From an uncultured beta proteobacterium (GTDB lineage Bacteria > Pseudomonadota > Gammaproteobacteria > Burkholderiales > JACQAP01), in assembly GCA_963695915.1 (NCBI GenBank), contig CAVOIO010000030.1, positions 5,814 through 69,813 of the forward strand: a stretch of 64,000 bases of DNA, in the 5' to 3' direction. The first letter of the stretch is position 1; each line of letters starts with the position of its first letter. Under the pieces are notes generated by a model, which searched no databases, had not been told where the DNA came from, and saw only the letters and a list, made by a program, of their open reading frames with translations. Made by a program: the position numbers and the translations under genes. Below, piece after piece: positions 33,778-43,614 of this stretch.

Positions 33778-35206
33778 ATGACTCACACCACCACACTTAT
33801 TATGGTCGACGGGGTGCGGATCGTCGTTCCTGACTCACTGGATCTGATCACGTCCTATGTGCTGCTGGAGCAGCAGGATTGGTTTGAGGATGAAATAAAA
33901 TTCGTGCGCCGCTTGCTAAAGCCGGGGCAGAAAGTCATTGATATCGGTGCTAACTACGGTGTCTATGCTCTATCCATGGCACGGACAGTGGGTCCAACAG
34001 GATGCGTGTGGGCCTTCGAGCCAGCATCAAGCACTGCGACACTGCTAGCCGAGGGAATCGCCGTCAATGGTTTTGCGCAGGTAGTGCTTGAACAAAGCGC
34101 CCTATCAAGCACCTGTGGTACGGCCCAGTTGTCTTTGAATGAAAATTCAGAATTAAATGCGCTGGTTCCTGGCAAGCCGTCATCGAGCGCTAGTGAGACT
34201 GTGCCTCTGGTAACCCTTGACGAGTGCATGGAACGCTATGGCTGGCGGGATATCGATTTCATGAAAATCGATGCGGAAGGGGAGGAAGCGAACATACTGA
34301 AAGGGGGGAAACGATTTTTCGCAGAACTGTCACCACTGGTTCAGTATGAGATAAAAGCAGGTGCAGACCTGCATATGGAACTGGTGCAAGATTTCGCCGC
34401 ACTTGGATATGACTCCTACCGACTAGTGCCCGGCCTCGACCTGCTGGTTTCCTTCGATGCCGAATCAACACCCGATGGATACTTGCTCAATTTATTCTGC
34501 TGTAAGCAGGATTGCGTCGAACGGCTTGCCACCCATGGTTTCTTGCTGGCTTCGTGTGGCCGACCTGCCGACCACGGGGACGGAGCGATTCATGGACATC
34601 TCGGGAAAAGTCAAGAACCGCAATGCATACGACTGGCGTCACACCATTGCCAAACTGCCATACGGGGCTCAACTCGCCAATCATTGGGAACAGACGGTTG
34701 CTGCAGGAAACAGCGCCGAGGTCGAAGTGGCACTATCCTTCTACGCTGTCAGCCGAGATTCGTCTTTATCTTCGACTGAGCGCTTCGGTGCACTTGAAGC
34801 CAGTTTCAGCTTGCTCAAGATCCTGTGCGAGCGCCAGCCTTCATGTCTTCGCTTAGCAAGCATGGCGCGAGTAGCGCGAGATTACGGCGCACGGTCGCTC
34901 GCCGTAAACGCGCTTCAACAACTCACCATCGCCATCCAAAAGCATAATCGGGTGGATCCGAGTGAGCCGTTTCTCGTGCCGGGCGAACGATTCGATTCTA
35001 TCCCCACTGCCGGTGCAGCCGTTAGTAACTGGGTTCTAGCAGCCGTCCTGGAGGAAATTGAACGGCTTGGATCCTTTTCGTCCTTTTATACTGGAGCCTC
35101 GGCCCGGCAGCGCCTGGAAATTATCCGCAAGCTAGGGTTTGGAAGCGCGGAAATGGAACGCCGCTTGCGCTTGTTGCAGAAGCGTTTTGGCCTGCCCACG
35201 TCATAG
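33778..35206 (+). pseudogene. FkbM-family methyltransferase fused to a ~210-aa C-terminal domain of unknown function, one frameshift near 34555
   Basis: The methyltransferase part includes VIDIGANYGVYALSMA, AFEP and IDFMKIDAEGEE. It continues in the +1 frame as ...DWRHTIAKLPYGAQLANHWE...LQKRFGLPTS. Confidence 0.75.
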
Positions 35207-35401
35207 CTGCATTGCAAAGCTGGAGCATGTGTGCCACCGAAAATCACCGCCGGCTAAGCCGCCGTGCTACGGCCGTGTAATGCAGACCTTTAAAGTGCTC
35301 AAATGAATAACCAATCACTTGGCCGCCTCAACGCGCAAATCCGCTAAGTTCGCTTAGGTCTGGTACTTGGCGGAAATTGGGAATATCGCGCGCAGTCCGG
35401 A

Positions 35402-37549
35402 CTATGAAACTGTGCGGCCCGGTCCGCTGCGCTGGTACATTTCGATGTAGGCGGCCTCAAGTCCACGGCAATACCGGACGGGATCAAACATCGCGGGAGC
35501 CGCGACGTTCGCACGCACCTTATCCTTCAACGTACGCAACCGCCCCTCGTCGAGCGCCAGTTCAACCGCCATGCGCTCGTAGTCGTCGAGCGTCTCGACC
35601 ACTAACTCGGAACACCCGACTGCATGCAACAGACTGCCAGCCACACGACTCGCAAATGTCCGACCTGAACGGGTAATCAAGGGCACCCCGGCCAACAACG
35701 CATCACTCGCGGTGGCATGAGCGTTGTACGGATGGGAATCAAGAAAGAGATCGGCGAGGGTCAGGCGCGCCATATGGTCGGCGTGATCCGCGAGACGCGG
35801 GGCAAAGATGATCCGGCCAGGATCGACGCCGCGGCGAACCGCTTCCATCGATAGGTTCGCCCGCGAGACTGCGCTGCCCTGCTGCAACCAAAGTACGCTG
35901 TTTGGTACACGAAGCAGGATGCGCATCCAAACGTCGAACACCGACGGTCCGATCTTGAATTGATTGTTGAAGGCGCAGAACACCACGCCGGCCGGTGGCA
36001 GCCCGGCTTGCTCACGGGTAGGTTTGCTCTGGGCGATAGAACGACGGGAAATGGCCAGATAGCAGCCTGGCAAGTAAGCAACGTGCTCGGTGAAGAACGC
36101 TTTCGCCGAGTCAGGCACCAAGTACCGATCCGCCAAGATATAGTCGTGGCAACCACTTCCGACCGTCCCGGCGAATCCAAGGTAGTTCACCTGAATAGGT
36201 GCAACGCGTTGCGCGAAGATACCTATTCGGTGGCCCGTAGTAAATCCCATCAGATCTACCGCGATGTCCACCCGACGGTCTCGAAGCGCGGCGACGATTC
36301 GTTCATTCCGCGAGTTGTGCATATCCAGGAACTCATCGAATTCGGCAGTCAGCCTGCGACGGAGAGGTCCTCCGTCATCGGGTCCGAGAGAGACTCCGAT
36401 TGTCTCGAAGCGTCCCCGGTCGTGAGCTTCGAGCACATCGGCTAGCAGCATGGCAACCGGGTGTTCCCGAAAGTCGGCGGAGATATAGGCAATCCGCAGC
36501 CGTCCGCGACTCAACGGGAAGTCCCACGTCGGCGCCGTCCGTTGCCTCATCTCGTAACGCGCAAGGATCTTTGCGCCCAGCAATTGCTGCGATGGGTCGT
36601 CTGAAATCGCGAGCAGCGTAAACGGTCGAATGACAGGTTTGCCTTGATGCAGGTCCTTTTCGATCCGGGTCAGTTGCTCATCGAACCCGGACCAGTCGCA
36701 GCAGTGCAGCCGCGCGTCGAGAAGCGCACCACGGGCGAAAGGGTGCTCGGGCGACACTTCCAGAAGCGCCCTTAATGCACCCACCGCTTCTTCGTACCGA
36801 CCCAGTTCCTGCAAAAGGGTGCGTCGGCTGTCCAACGTCGCAATGTGATCAGAGCGCAGAGCGAGTGCCTGGTCGAAAGCTGCAAGCGCCTCCGCGGCGC
36901 GACCTTGCGCGCGTAGCGCAATACCGCGATTGTGAAGGGCATCGACATAGTCGGGCGCCCTCTCAATGGCGCGATCGAAATCCTGCAGTGCCTCATCGAT
37001 CCGGCCAAGATCGAGAAGAACATTTCCGCGATTGAAGTGTGGCTGCGGAGCGCCGGGAGTCAAGGCGATTGCACGAGTGAGCGCGTCGAGCGCTTCATCG
37101 AAGCGGTGCAACGCAGCGAGGGCGGCTCCGCGATTGGTCATCAGACGTTCGTTTGCGGGCGATAGCGCCAAGGCGTGGTCGTAGTCTTCAATAGCCTTGG
37201 CCGGCCGGCCGAGTTCCATCAGAGCGTTGCCGCGATTGATCAGCACCTCCACCGACTCCGGTTCCATGCGCAAAGCGCGCCCGAAAAGTTTGCAGGCCTC
37301 CTCGCCCCGTCCTCGCTGGATTTCGAGATGGCCCAAAAGTCGAAGGACATGGAACTGATCGCCGTCGGAACGAAGCAGCTTGCGGTACAGACGCTCGGCC
37401 TCATCCAGCGCGCCTGCCCTGTGTAACTGGGACGCCCGGTCGAACAGTGCCCTCAAGCCGTCGTTACTTCGATTTCCCACTCGATCCCAATCGGTTGTCG
37501 CAGACCGCAAAGGCCCGTCCCATGGCTTGACCCAACCGCCAAAAGGCAT
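35402..37549 (-). CDS. TPR-repeat protein with C-terminal GT41 (SPINDLY/O-GlcNAc-transferase-like) glycosyltransferase domain
   Basis: 715 aa and intact. It has about 8 TPR units (e.g. ALRMEPESVEVLINRGNAL). The GT41 core includes RIAYISADFREHPVAML, VNYLGFAGTVG, FCAFNNQFKI, and DLFLDSHPYNAHATASDALLAGVP. Confidence 0.85.
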   Translation of the reverse strand: MPFGGWVKPWDGPLRSATTDWDRVGNRSNDGLRALFDRASQLHRAGALDEAERLYRKLLRSDGDQFHVLRLLGHLEIQRGRGEEACKLFGRALRMEPESVEVLINRGNALMELGRPAKAIEDYDHALALSPANERLMTNRGAALAALHRFDEALDALTRAIALTPGAPQPHFNRGNVLLDLGRIDEALQDFDRAIERAPDYVDALHNRGIALRAQGRAAEALAAFDQALALRSDHIATLDSRRTLLQELGRYEEAVGALRALLEVSPEHPFARGALLDARLHCCDWSGFDEQLTRIEKDLHQGKPVIRPFTLLAISDDPSQQLLGAKILARYEMRQRTAPTWDFPLSRGRLRIAYISADFREHPVAMLLADVLEAHDRGRFETIGVSLGPDDGGPLRRRLTAEFDEFLDMHNSRNERIVAALRDRRVDIAVDLMGFTTGHRIGIFAQRVAPIQVNYLGFAGTVGSGCHDYILADRYLVPDSAKAFFTEHVAYLPGCYLAISRRSIAQSKPTREQAGLPPAGVVFCAFNNQFKIGPSVFDVWMRILLRVPNSVLWLQQGSAVSRANLSMEAVRRGVDPGRIIFAPRLADHADHMARLTLADLFLDSHPYNAHATASDALLAGVPLITRSGRTFASRVAGSLLHAVGCSELVVETLDDYERMAVELALDEGRLRTLKDKVRANVAAPAMFDPVRYCRGLEAAYIEMYQRSGPGRTVS

Positions 37550-37813
37550 GTGACATTGGGTTCCCGCATTCCCGCACTACAGCGCGGCGGGTCAGTTTAG
37601 CCGTCAGGCCACATCTTCGCTACCAAAGATATTGTTCTTCATAGACCAGGGCCTTCTCATCATCGTTGCGTTGCTTGACCTTTCCCGCATTCATTTGGAT
37701 TCCTTCCGGCTGATAGGTGCGAGCAATATATCCCCTTTAGATGTAGAGACGGGCCCGACCACTGCAACTCATTCATTCTGACCTGCAAGAGCGTCGCGAC
37801 TACTCAGGCCGGC

Positions 37814-38047
37814 TTGTTTTCCTTCGGCTGCTTCGATGCTGCAAGGGTCACCGTACCTATCCTTGTGATACGCGGCGATTCCGACACCGATGCGACACGT
37901 GAAGATAATCAGCTGCTGATGAACGCATCGGGCAGCGGGGTGAAGGAATGTGTAGTGGTCTCGAATGGCGGCCATGTTCTGCAGTTCGAGAAAGCGAACG
38001 TACAGCTTTACCAGGCGGCCCAGAGTTTTCTGGAGGCAAGGAAGTAG
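37814..38047 (+). pseudogene. 3' remnant of an alpha/beta-hydrolase gene
   Basis: Only the C-terminal ~75 aa are present (VPILVIRGDSDTDAT...VVVSNGGHVLQFEK). No N-terminal nucleophile region lies upstream. Confidence 0.45.
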
Positions 38048-38276
38048 GCTGACGAGAACAATGAAACCCACTGTCCGGTAAAAACGGGGCTACCAATCGG
38101 TCACTACCAAACAGAACGTAACTGCGCCCGCTAAAGCGCGGGCGTTCGAAGAGGATTGAACGGCTGCCTTGGATATGAAATTGCAGTTCGGACAATGCCT
38201 GTGTGGTCGAATGCCGCCAACCACCCGTTGGCCCGCGCAACCTTACTCCGGTATCTCTATTTTTCTCTTTCGCCCT

Positions 38277-38309
38277 GCTTCGTATTTCTTCGTGCCTTTG
38301 TGCGGAGAA
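38277..38309. repeat. solo right-type arm of the IR element at the right edge of the AT-richer island
   Basis: The reverse complement of CTGCTTCGTATTTCTTCGTGCCTTTGTGCGGAGA is TCTCCGCACAAAGGCACGAAGAAATACGAAGCAG. It shares the flank AGTTCTC and the run CACGAAGAAA with the arm at 33675. Confidence 0.65.
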
Positions 38310-38332
38310 CTTGATTTCTTGCGGCGAAGCTT

Positions 38333-39238
38333 TCAGTTCTGGGTCTCCCGGGATTTCTCCCCGCGCGCGGCGACGAAGATGCCGGCGAGCAACAGCACGA
38401 AACCGGCCAACCGCAGCGCGGTGAATCCTTCTTCGAAGAAGAACCACGCGAGAATCGCGGCGCCGACCGGCTCGCCCAGTATTGCGATCGCAACGAAGGT
38501 GGCGGTGAGCCGTCTCACCGCCCAGTTGAAAGCGGTGTGTCCGGCAAGCTGCGGACCAATCGCAAGCAACACCATGAATCCCCATGCCGGCACCGGCATC
38601 GCGATCAGTGACGTGCCGCTTGCCCACAGCGCGGCGCCCAGCAGCAACGCCGCTGCCGTATAGGTCAGCCAGACATACGCGGTGAGCGATAAGCGCGCGC
38701 GCAGCGCGCGCCCCACCAGGAGATAGCCCGACGCGGCGATCGCCCCGGCCAGGGCAAGCGCATTGCCCAGTGGTGGATTTGTGGCCGTTGATTCGCTCCA
38801 GACGGAATCGGCGGCAAAGATCAGAACGCTACCGGCGACGGTGAGCCCGATGCCCGCGAGTGCGGCAGGCACGGGACGCTCGCGCAACAGCACCGCAGAA
38901 GCCAACCCGACCCAGAGCGGATTGGTGGTGACCAGCGCCGCACTGCTTGCGACCGACGTGTACTCCAGCGAGGAGATCCACGTCCAGAAGTGAATGGCAA
39001 GAAACAGGCCGGACAGCAGGCACATGCCGAGCTCGCGTCGGCCCAGCCGCATGATTTCCCGTCCCGCTTTCAGCCAGGCGAAAGGCGCCAGAATCGCAGC
39101 GGCCAGTCCCAGCCGCACCGCGGCGATCGTGAGGGACGAAGCACCTTCGAATTGCGCCAACCGGATCAGGATCGAGGCAGTCGAAACCACGGCGACCGCG
39201 CCGGCGAGGACGATGAAAGAAAGCCAACGTGGAGACAT
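38333..39238 (-). CDS. EamA/DMT-family transporter
   Basis: 301 aa with ten predicted hydrophobic segments and duplicated EamA halves. Confidence 0.8.
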   Translation of the reverse strand: MSPRWLSFIVLAGAVAVVSTASILIRLAQFEGASSLTIAAVRLGLAAAILAPFAWLKAGREIMRLGRRELGMCLLSGLFLAIHFWTWISSLEYTSVASSAALVTTNPLWVGLASAVLLRERPVPAALAGIGLTVAGSVLIFAADSVWSESTATNPPLGNALALAGAIAASGYLLVGRALRARLSLTAYVWLTYTAAALLLGAALWASGTSLIAMPVPAWGFMVLLAIGPQLAGHTAFNWAVRRLTATFVAIAILGEPVGAAILAWFFFEEGFTALRLAGFVLLLAGIFVAARGEKSRETQN

Positions 39239-39278
39239 GGCGCGTTATATCACGCCCGCCTGTGCGATCTACCAGACC

Positions 39279-39713
39279 TCAGTGGAGTTTCTCTGGCGGA
39301 ACCGAAATGCCGGAAACAGCGAGAACGTCGATTCCCTCTTCCTTCAGTTCGGTCACTTCCTTCATCGACGCAGTGCCGCGAATTGCGCGTTCGCCAACTT
39401 CCTTGTAGAAAATTCGCCGTGCTTCATCCGGAAATCGCTTGCCGACATCCTCGGTGTTCTGGAGCACGTATTCGATGAACTTCTTGTGCAACAACTGGGC
39501 GGCGTTGGCGACCATGACCGACTGCGGTTCTCGCGACGATTCGCTGCCGCGTGTGCTGACGTAGGGCGCCGATGGCTGCTTGGCAATGTCCAGCGAGCCG
39601 CACAGCGGACAAGCAATGCTTCCGCCGTTCACCTGTACGGCGAAGTCATCGGACGAGGCGAACCACCCTTCAAACCGGTGGCCTTTTTCGCAGGAAAGAT
39701 TGAAAACGATCAT
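39279..39713 (-). CDS. DUF1178 family protein
   Basis: MIVFNLSCEKGHRFEGWFASSDDF...CPLCGS. This zinc-ribbon-like N-terminus is typical of DUF1178. Confidence 0.7.
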   Translation of the reverse strand: MIVFNLSCEKGHRFEGWFASSDDFAVQVNGGSIACPLCGSLDIAKQPSAPYVSTRGSESSREPQSVMVANAAQLLHKKFIEYVLQNTEDVGKRFPDEARRIFYKEVGERAIRGTASMKEVTELKEEGIDVLAVSGISVPPEKLH

Positions 39714-39837
39714 GTTCTTGTTGGGCGCCAGGATTGCGAGGCCGCGCAAAGTTTATCATCTGCGGCCGGTGGATTTGCCGGCATGCAATAGATAGAACCC
39801 GCTGCGCAGCGTTAGTTCCGCGCGCTGTGCCAACGCA

Positions 39838-41082
39838 TCAGGGCAGCAGACGTTCTCCGGCGAACAGGTCCTTGACTTGCTCGCGTTCGCGTATCAGGTG
39901 AATACGCCCGCCGTCCACCATCACTTCGGCGGCGCGCGGGCGGGCGTTGTAGTTCGAACTCAGGCTCATGCCGTAGGCGCCTGCAGACATGATCGCCAGC
40001 AGGTTGCCCTCGTCGATCGCGAGCTTGCGGTCCCTGGCGAGGAAGTCGCCGCTTTCGCATACCGGCCCCACCACATCGTAGACTGCGGCAGCTGTAGCGG
40101 AGCGGCTGACTTCACGCACTTCATGCCAGCCGCCGTACAGCGCCGGTCGAAGCAGATCGTTCATCGCGGCGTCCACCACGGCGAAATTCTTCGCCTCGCC
40201 ATGCTTCAGGTACTCGATCCGGCTCAGCAACAGGCCCGCATTGCCCACCAGCGAACGGCCCGGCTCGACAAACACCGATTGCGGCCGGTTCCCGACCGCA
40301 TCCAACAACGCCTTGATCCAAACGTCTTGCGTGGGCGGGACCTCATCTGCGTAGCGGATGCCGAGGCCTCCGCCCAGGTCGAGATGTTCCATCTCGATGC
40401 CTTCGGAGGCCAAACGATCCGCGAGATTCAGCACCTTGCGCACGGCATCGGCGACCGGTTCCACCTCGAGGAGTTGTGAACCGATATGGCAACCGATGCC
40501 GACAACCCTGAGGTGCCTGGACGAATGCGCCAGGCGATAAAGGCGCAACGCGTCCTGGAACGCGACCCCGAACTTGCTTTGCTTCGAGCCGGTGGAGATG
40601 TAGGGGTGTGTCCTGGCGTCGACGTCCGGATTCACGCGCAGGCTGACCGGCGCGCGCCGGCTCATTTCGCCCGCGATTTTTTCGAGGCGCAGGAGCTCGG
40701 ATTCTGACTCCAAGTTGAAGCAAAGTATGCCGGCAGCCAGCCCGTCACGCATCTCCCGCCCGGTCTTGCCCACGCCGGAGAACACCGTCCTGGCAGGGTC
40801 CCCGCCGGCAGCGACGACTCGCGCCAGTTCGCCGCCGGAGACGATGTCGAAGCCGCTTCCCAGGCGGGCGAAAAGATTGAGGATCGCCAGATTGGAATTG
40901 GCCTTGACCGCATAGCAGATCAGGTGCGGACGCGCACCGAAGGCGCGATCGTAATGCTGGAAGGCGTCCGTCAATGCCGCACGCGAGTAGACGTAGCATG
41001 GCGTGCCGAATTCCTCGGCAATGCGCGAAAGCGGCACGTCTTCAGCGTGTAGCGCGCCGTTGCGCTGCGAAAAAAAACTCAC
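39838..41082 (-). CDS. lysA: diaminopimelate decarboxylase
   Basis: GTG start at 41082 (VSFFSQRNGALHAEDVPL...). It has the PLP motif YAVKANSN, plus GGGLGI and ...ESGDFLA. Confidence 0.92.
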   Translation of the reverse strand: MSFFSQRNGALHAEDVPLSRIAEEFGTPCYVYSRAALTDAFQHYDRAFGARPHLICYAVKANSNLAILNLFARLGSGFDIVSGGELARVVAAGGDPARTVFSGVGKTGREMRDGLAAGILCFNLESESELLRLEKIAGEMSRRAPVSLRVNPDVDARTHPYISTGSKQSKFGVAFQDALRLYRLAHSSRHLRVVGIGCHIGSQLLEVEPVADAVRKVLNLADRLASEGIEMEHLDLGGGLGIRYADEVPPTQDVWIKALLDAVGNRPQSVFVEPGRSLVGNAGLLLSRIEYLKHGEAKNFAVVDAAMNDLLRPALYGGWHEVREVSRSATAAAVYDVVGPVCESGDFLARDRKLAIDEGNLLAIMSAGAYGMSLSSNYNARPRAAEVMVDGGRIHLIREREQVKDLFAGERLLP

Positions 41083-41207
41083 TTCTCGATGGTTCCTTCT
41101 TCGGTTTTTCTGGGCTTCTGCTCTTCTTTCGGCAGATAGAACGGGCCCTTCTGACCGCAGGCGGAGATCAGGAACGCGAGCAGGATTAGGACGCAAAGGC
41201 GGCGCAT
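41079..41207 (-). CDS. lptM: small lipoprotein LptM (YifL-like)
   Basis: 42 aa: MRRLCVLILLAFLISACGQKGPFYLPKEEQKPRKTEEGTIEK. It has a lipobox ISAC, and its stop overlaps the lysA GTG. The gene is too short to appear in the ORF track. Confidence 0.7.
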   Translation of the reverse strand: MRRLCVLILLAFLISACGQKGPFYLPKEEQKPRKTEEGTIEK

Positions 41208-41285
41208 GGAAGACTTTCTAAAGTGCGGTCGAGTTTAGCACAGCGTCTTGCTGTAACCAGCCACCCGCTAGACGAAAAGTCAAAG

Positions 41286-41543
41286 TCTCACCACGAAGGC
41301 TGACAACAACAAACCTGAACGCTCACCACGAAGGCACGAAGACACGAAGAAAGGCAAGACAATGTTGTTTGATTGCCGGATTGCATGGATTTGGCAGTTC
41401 TCTCGATACCGATTGCACGGTTCTCATCGATTAAGGCTGTCGTAGTCGTCGGACACGTGAGGACAGCGTGTTCTGTACAGCGAGTTCATTTGCAGAAATT
41501 GTTCTTTAGGTTTTCTTCGTGTCTTCGTGCCTTCGTGTTGAGA
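41286..41543. repeat. IR element copy 8 (duplicated left terminus, 153 bp core)
   Basis: The left side reads TCTCACCACGAAGGC, a 20 nt gap, then GCTCACCACGAAGGCACGAAGACACGAAGAAAGG. The right arm is TTTTCTTCGTGTCTTCGTGCCTTCGTGTTGAGA. Confidence 0.88.
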
Positions 41544-41560
41544 TTCTTGATTTTTCGAAA

Positions 41561-42293
41561 CTAAAGATCCATGTAGAAGCGGCCCATATGGTCGAGCTCG
41601 GCGCGCGCGTCCTTGTGATGCGGGCACACGGCCGTGACCAGGTTCCAGAAGCGGCGCGAGTGATTCATCTCGACAATATGGGCAAGTTCGTGGGCGACTA
41701 CGTAATCGATCGTTTTCTGTGGCGCCTGGATCAGCCGCCAGTTGAGCCTGACTTCGCGTTTGACGTTGCAGCTTCCCCAGCGCGTCTGTGCGCCGGAAAG
41801 AAACAGGCGCGGGGCCGCCAGGCCGTAGAGGCGGGCGTATATGCCGATGCGCTCGGTGAAATTCGAAGTTGCGTGGCGGCGATACCATTTCAACAACCGC
41901 GGCTTTTACCGCAGCGGGATCGCCGGGTTCGGGAAGCACGACCTGCAGGCAGTTCGCTTCGGCCAGGGTCGCCAGCACTGCGGCGCGGTCTCCTTGAGAC
42001 TGCAGCCGCAGATCGCGGCCGAGATACTTGATGGTGTCGCCGTCGGCCCACGACTGGTTGCGTGAAGGATAGGTGCTCCAGGCGACAAGTTTACTGCAGC
42101 ACCCAGTCCTCGGCGTCGCGAATGATGGCGGTGACGCGGCGCTCCGTGCTGCGCCAGGGGGCGCTCACGATCAGCCCGCGCTCGTCCACGGTCAGCACGA
42201 TGTTGCGCCGTTGCTGGCTGCGCTTGAGAAGATAGGGAATGTCGCGGTCGCCCAGCCGGATGGTTTTCGGCTCGGAAACCGCGGCGACCGGGA
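41561..42293 (-). pseudogene. YgjP-like M48/DUF45 metal-dependent hydrolase, 2 frameshifts, start unresolved
   Basis: IPYLLKRSQQRRNIVLTVDERGLIVSAPW, IKYLGRDLRL, KWYRRHA...RWGSC, and the HExxH motif VAHELAHIVEMNHS. Breaks lie near 42090 and 41895. Confidence 0.75.
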
Positions 42294-42299
42294 ACAGAT

Positions 42300-43026
42300 C
42301 TAGCGAGCGTTCCCGAGGCGAGCGACTTCGGTTTCTATCCAGTCTTGGACCTTCCGGTTGAGCGTGTCGGCGCGCATCCCCTGCGGATGAATGGCCGGAC
42401 CTATGCTGACGGTGATGGTACCCGGGTGCTTGACGAAGGCCTTCTTGCGCCACAAGGTACCGGCATTATGCGCGATCGGCACCACCGGCGCGCCGGTGTG
42501 GCACGCCAGCCAGGCGCCGCCGAGATGATACCGTCCACGGTGGCCCGGTGCGATGCGGGTGCCTTCCGGGAATATTACGATCCACCAGCCTTTGGCGAGG
42601 CGGTCCTTGCCCTGCTCGAGAGTCTGCTTCAGGGAACGCGTTGCCGAGCCGCGGTCGATTGCGATCGGGCTCATCATCGCCAGTCCCCAGCCGAAGAATG
42701 GCACACTAGTAACTCTCTCTTGAGGACCCAGACCTGCGGCGGAAGAATGTTCTGGTAAGCCAGCGTTTCCCAGGCCGATTGATGTTTCGACAGCACGATG
42801 CTCGGCACCGTGGGCAGGTTCTCACGGCCGATCACGCGATATTCAACGCCGCAGACGAGTCCGTGCCAGTGCGATCACCAGTCGCGACCAGGTGGTGATG
42901 ATGCGATAGCGGGTCAGCGGTTCGAGCGCAAAGGTGAGACAGCGAAATGACAGCGAAGACGACCGTGAGCGCGAACCGGACTATCTCGAAGACGGCCGAA
43001 CGCAGGAAAGCCGCAACGATGCTCAT
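42300..43026 (-). pseudogene. plsC: 1-acyl-sn-glycerol-3-phosphate acyltransferase, about 3 frameshifts
   Basis: MSIVAAFLRSAVFEIV.., GVEYRVIGRENLPTVPSIVLSKHQSAWETL (HX4D-type block), and PFFGWGLAMM...VIFPEGTR. Breaks lie near 42928, 42862 and 42712. Confidence 0.85.
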
Positions 43027-43556
43027 GAAACGATATGCCGCACCGCTTCGGCAAGGTTGGCGAACAACATCGTGTTGTCCGGCAGACTACCCGCGCTCTT
43101 GGTCCTGGCCCCTTTGCCGGTGAGTACCAGCATCGGCTGGGCGCCGGCCGCGACCGCGGCCTGCAGATCACGCAGAGAATCTCCCACGCACGGCACACCG
43201 GCCAGGTCCACGTTGAACCGCTGCGCGATATCGAGAAACATCCCCGGCTTCGGCTTGCGGCAGTCGCAGTCGGCTTCCGCAGCGTGCGGGCAGTAGAACA
43301 ATGCGTCGATGCGTCCGCCGACCTGGGCCAGCGCACGGTACATCTTGTCGTTGATCGCGTTGAGCGCCCCCATGTCGAACAGGCCGCGACCGATGCCGGA
43401 CTGGTTGGAGGCCACGACCACGCGGTAGCCGGTGTGGTTCAGCCGCGCAATCGCCTCCAGGCTCCCCGGAATCGGCTTCCACTCCTCGGGGTTCTTGATG
43501 AACTGATCGCTATCCTGGTTGATCACGCCGTCGCGATCGAGGATGACGAGCTTCAT
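43023..43556 (-). CDS. gmhB: D-glycero-beta-D-manno-heptose 1,7-bisphosphate 7-phosphatase
   Basis: 177 aa: MKLVILDRDGVIN...VVASNQSGIGRG...CRKPKPGM...VGDSLRDL. Confidence 0.9.
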   Translation of the reverse strand: MKLVILDRDGVINQDSDQFIKNPEEWKPIPGSLEAIARLNHTGYRVVVASNQSGIGRGLFDMGALNAINDKMYRALAQVGGRIDALFYCPHAAEADCDCRKPKPGMFLDIAQRFNVDLAGVPCVGDSLRDLQAAVAAGAQPMLVLTGKGARTKSAGSLPDNTMLFANLAEAVRHIVS

Positions 43557-43563
43557 GTGCGTA

Positions 43564-43593
43564 AGGCGTGAGGCGTGAGGCGTGAGGCGAAGG
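43564..43593. repeat. tandem 8-mer (GGCGTGAG x3 plus GCGAAGGG), a solo arm-like tract
   Basis: Direct reading of the gmhB-glyS spacer. It shows the same purine-rich 8-nt periodicity as the IR-element arms but has no partner. Confidence 0.6.
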
Positions 43594-43614
43594 GTATTCG
43601 GGTGCGTACCATGG

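Noticed and set aside
37814-38047. Intact alpha/beta-hydrolase gene
   Set aside because: Only a C-terminal fragment is present, and no upstream frame contains the nucleophile elbow. It was called a remnant.
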